Below, in pieces: positions 63,791 through 64,000 of a stretch of 64,000 nucleotides of DNA. A program made the translations under genes and the position numbers. Location: the NCBI RefSeq assembly GCF_964355755.1, contig NC_092675.1, forward strand, positions 26,322,912-26,386,911, in the 5' to 3' direction. Positions within the stretch are counted from its first letter, which is position 1. Each line of letters starts with the position of its first letter. Under the pieces are notes generated by a model. That model was given only the letters and a program-made list of their open reading frames with translations. It had not been told where the DNA came from and made no database searches. The stretch comes from Antedon mediterranea (lineage: Eukaryota; Animalia; Echinodermata).

Positions 63791-64000
63791 TAAAATTAGC
63801 TGGTGAGGTGTGGGAAATGGAGGCGGGTAAAGTAAATTTAAAAACATTCACCTTGATAGATTATTCTTAAATTACTTAAAATTTACCAATCGATGATTTA
63901 GTTTTAAGGTTTAAAGATGTATTGTCCCTTGAAACAAAAAAAAATGAAGGTCAAAATATTCTAAATTTAAATTGGCCATATCAAAGTAATACTAAAGTTA

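Overview
AT-rich, intron-containing animal genomic DNA. It looks like a marine invertebrate, probably an echinoderm-type deuterostome; that assignment is inference only. The window holds three complete, head-to-tail, + strand paralogous genes: 1014-26960, 29656-45982 and 48630-63076 (27, 29 and 29 coding exons; about 1249, 1369 and 1377 aa by manual GT-AG splicing). Each encodes a signal peptide, a Tie1/Tie2 (angiopoietin-receptor)-like ectodomain (Ig-Ig-EGFx4-Ig-FN3x1-2), a TM helix, a juxtamembrane ITIM/Grb2-like YENV motif and tandem protein tyrosine PHOSPHATASE domains (D1 with intact catalytic motifs, degenerate D2) where Tie receptors have a kinase. The introns carry many mobile elements: a full-length intact L2/CR1-group LINE with an esterase ORF1, a frameshifted second LINE, an L1/Tx1 3' fragment with an 81-bp flanking duplication, Helitron- and HINE-like elements, tRNA-SINEs, a solo LTR, an 835-bp foldback palindrome, 29-43-bp micro-MITEs and Penelope-type minimal hammerhead ribozyme motifs. 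All exon coordinates were read by eye and need transcript confirmation.
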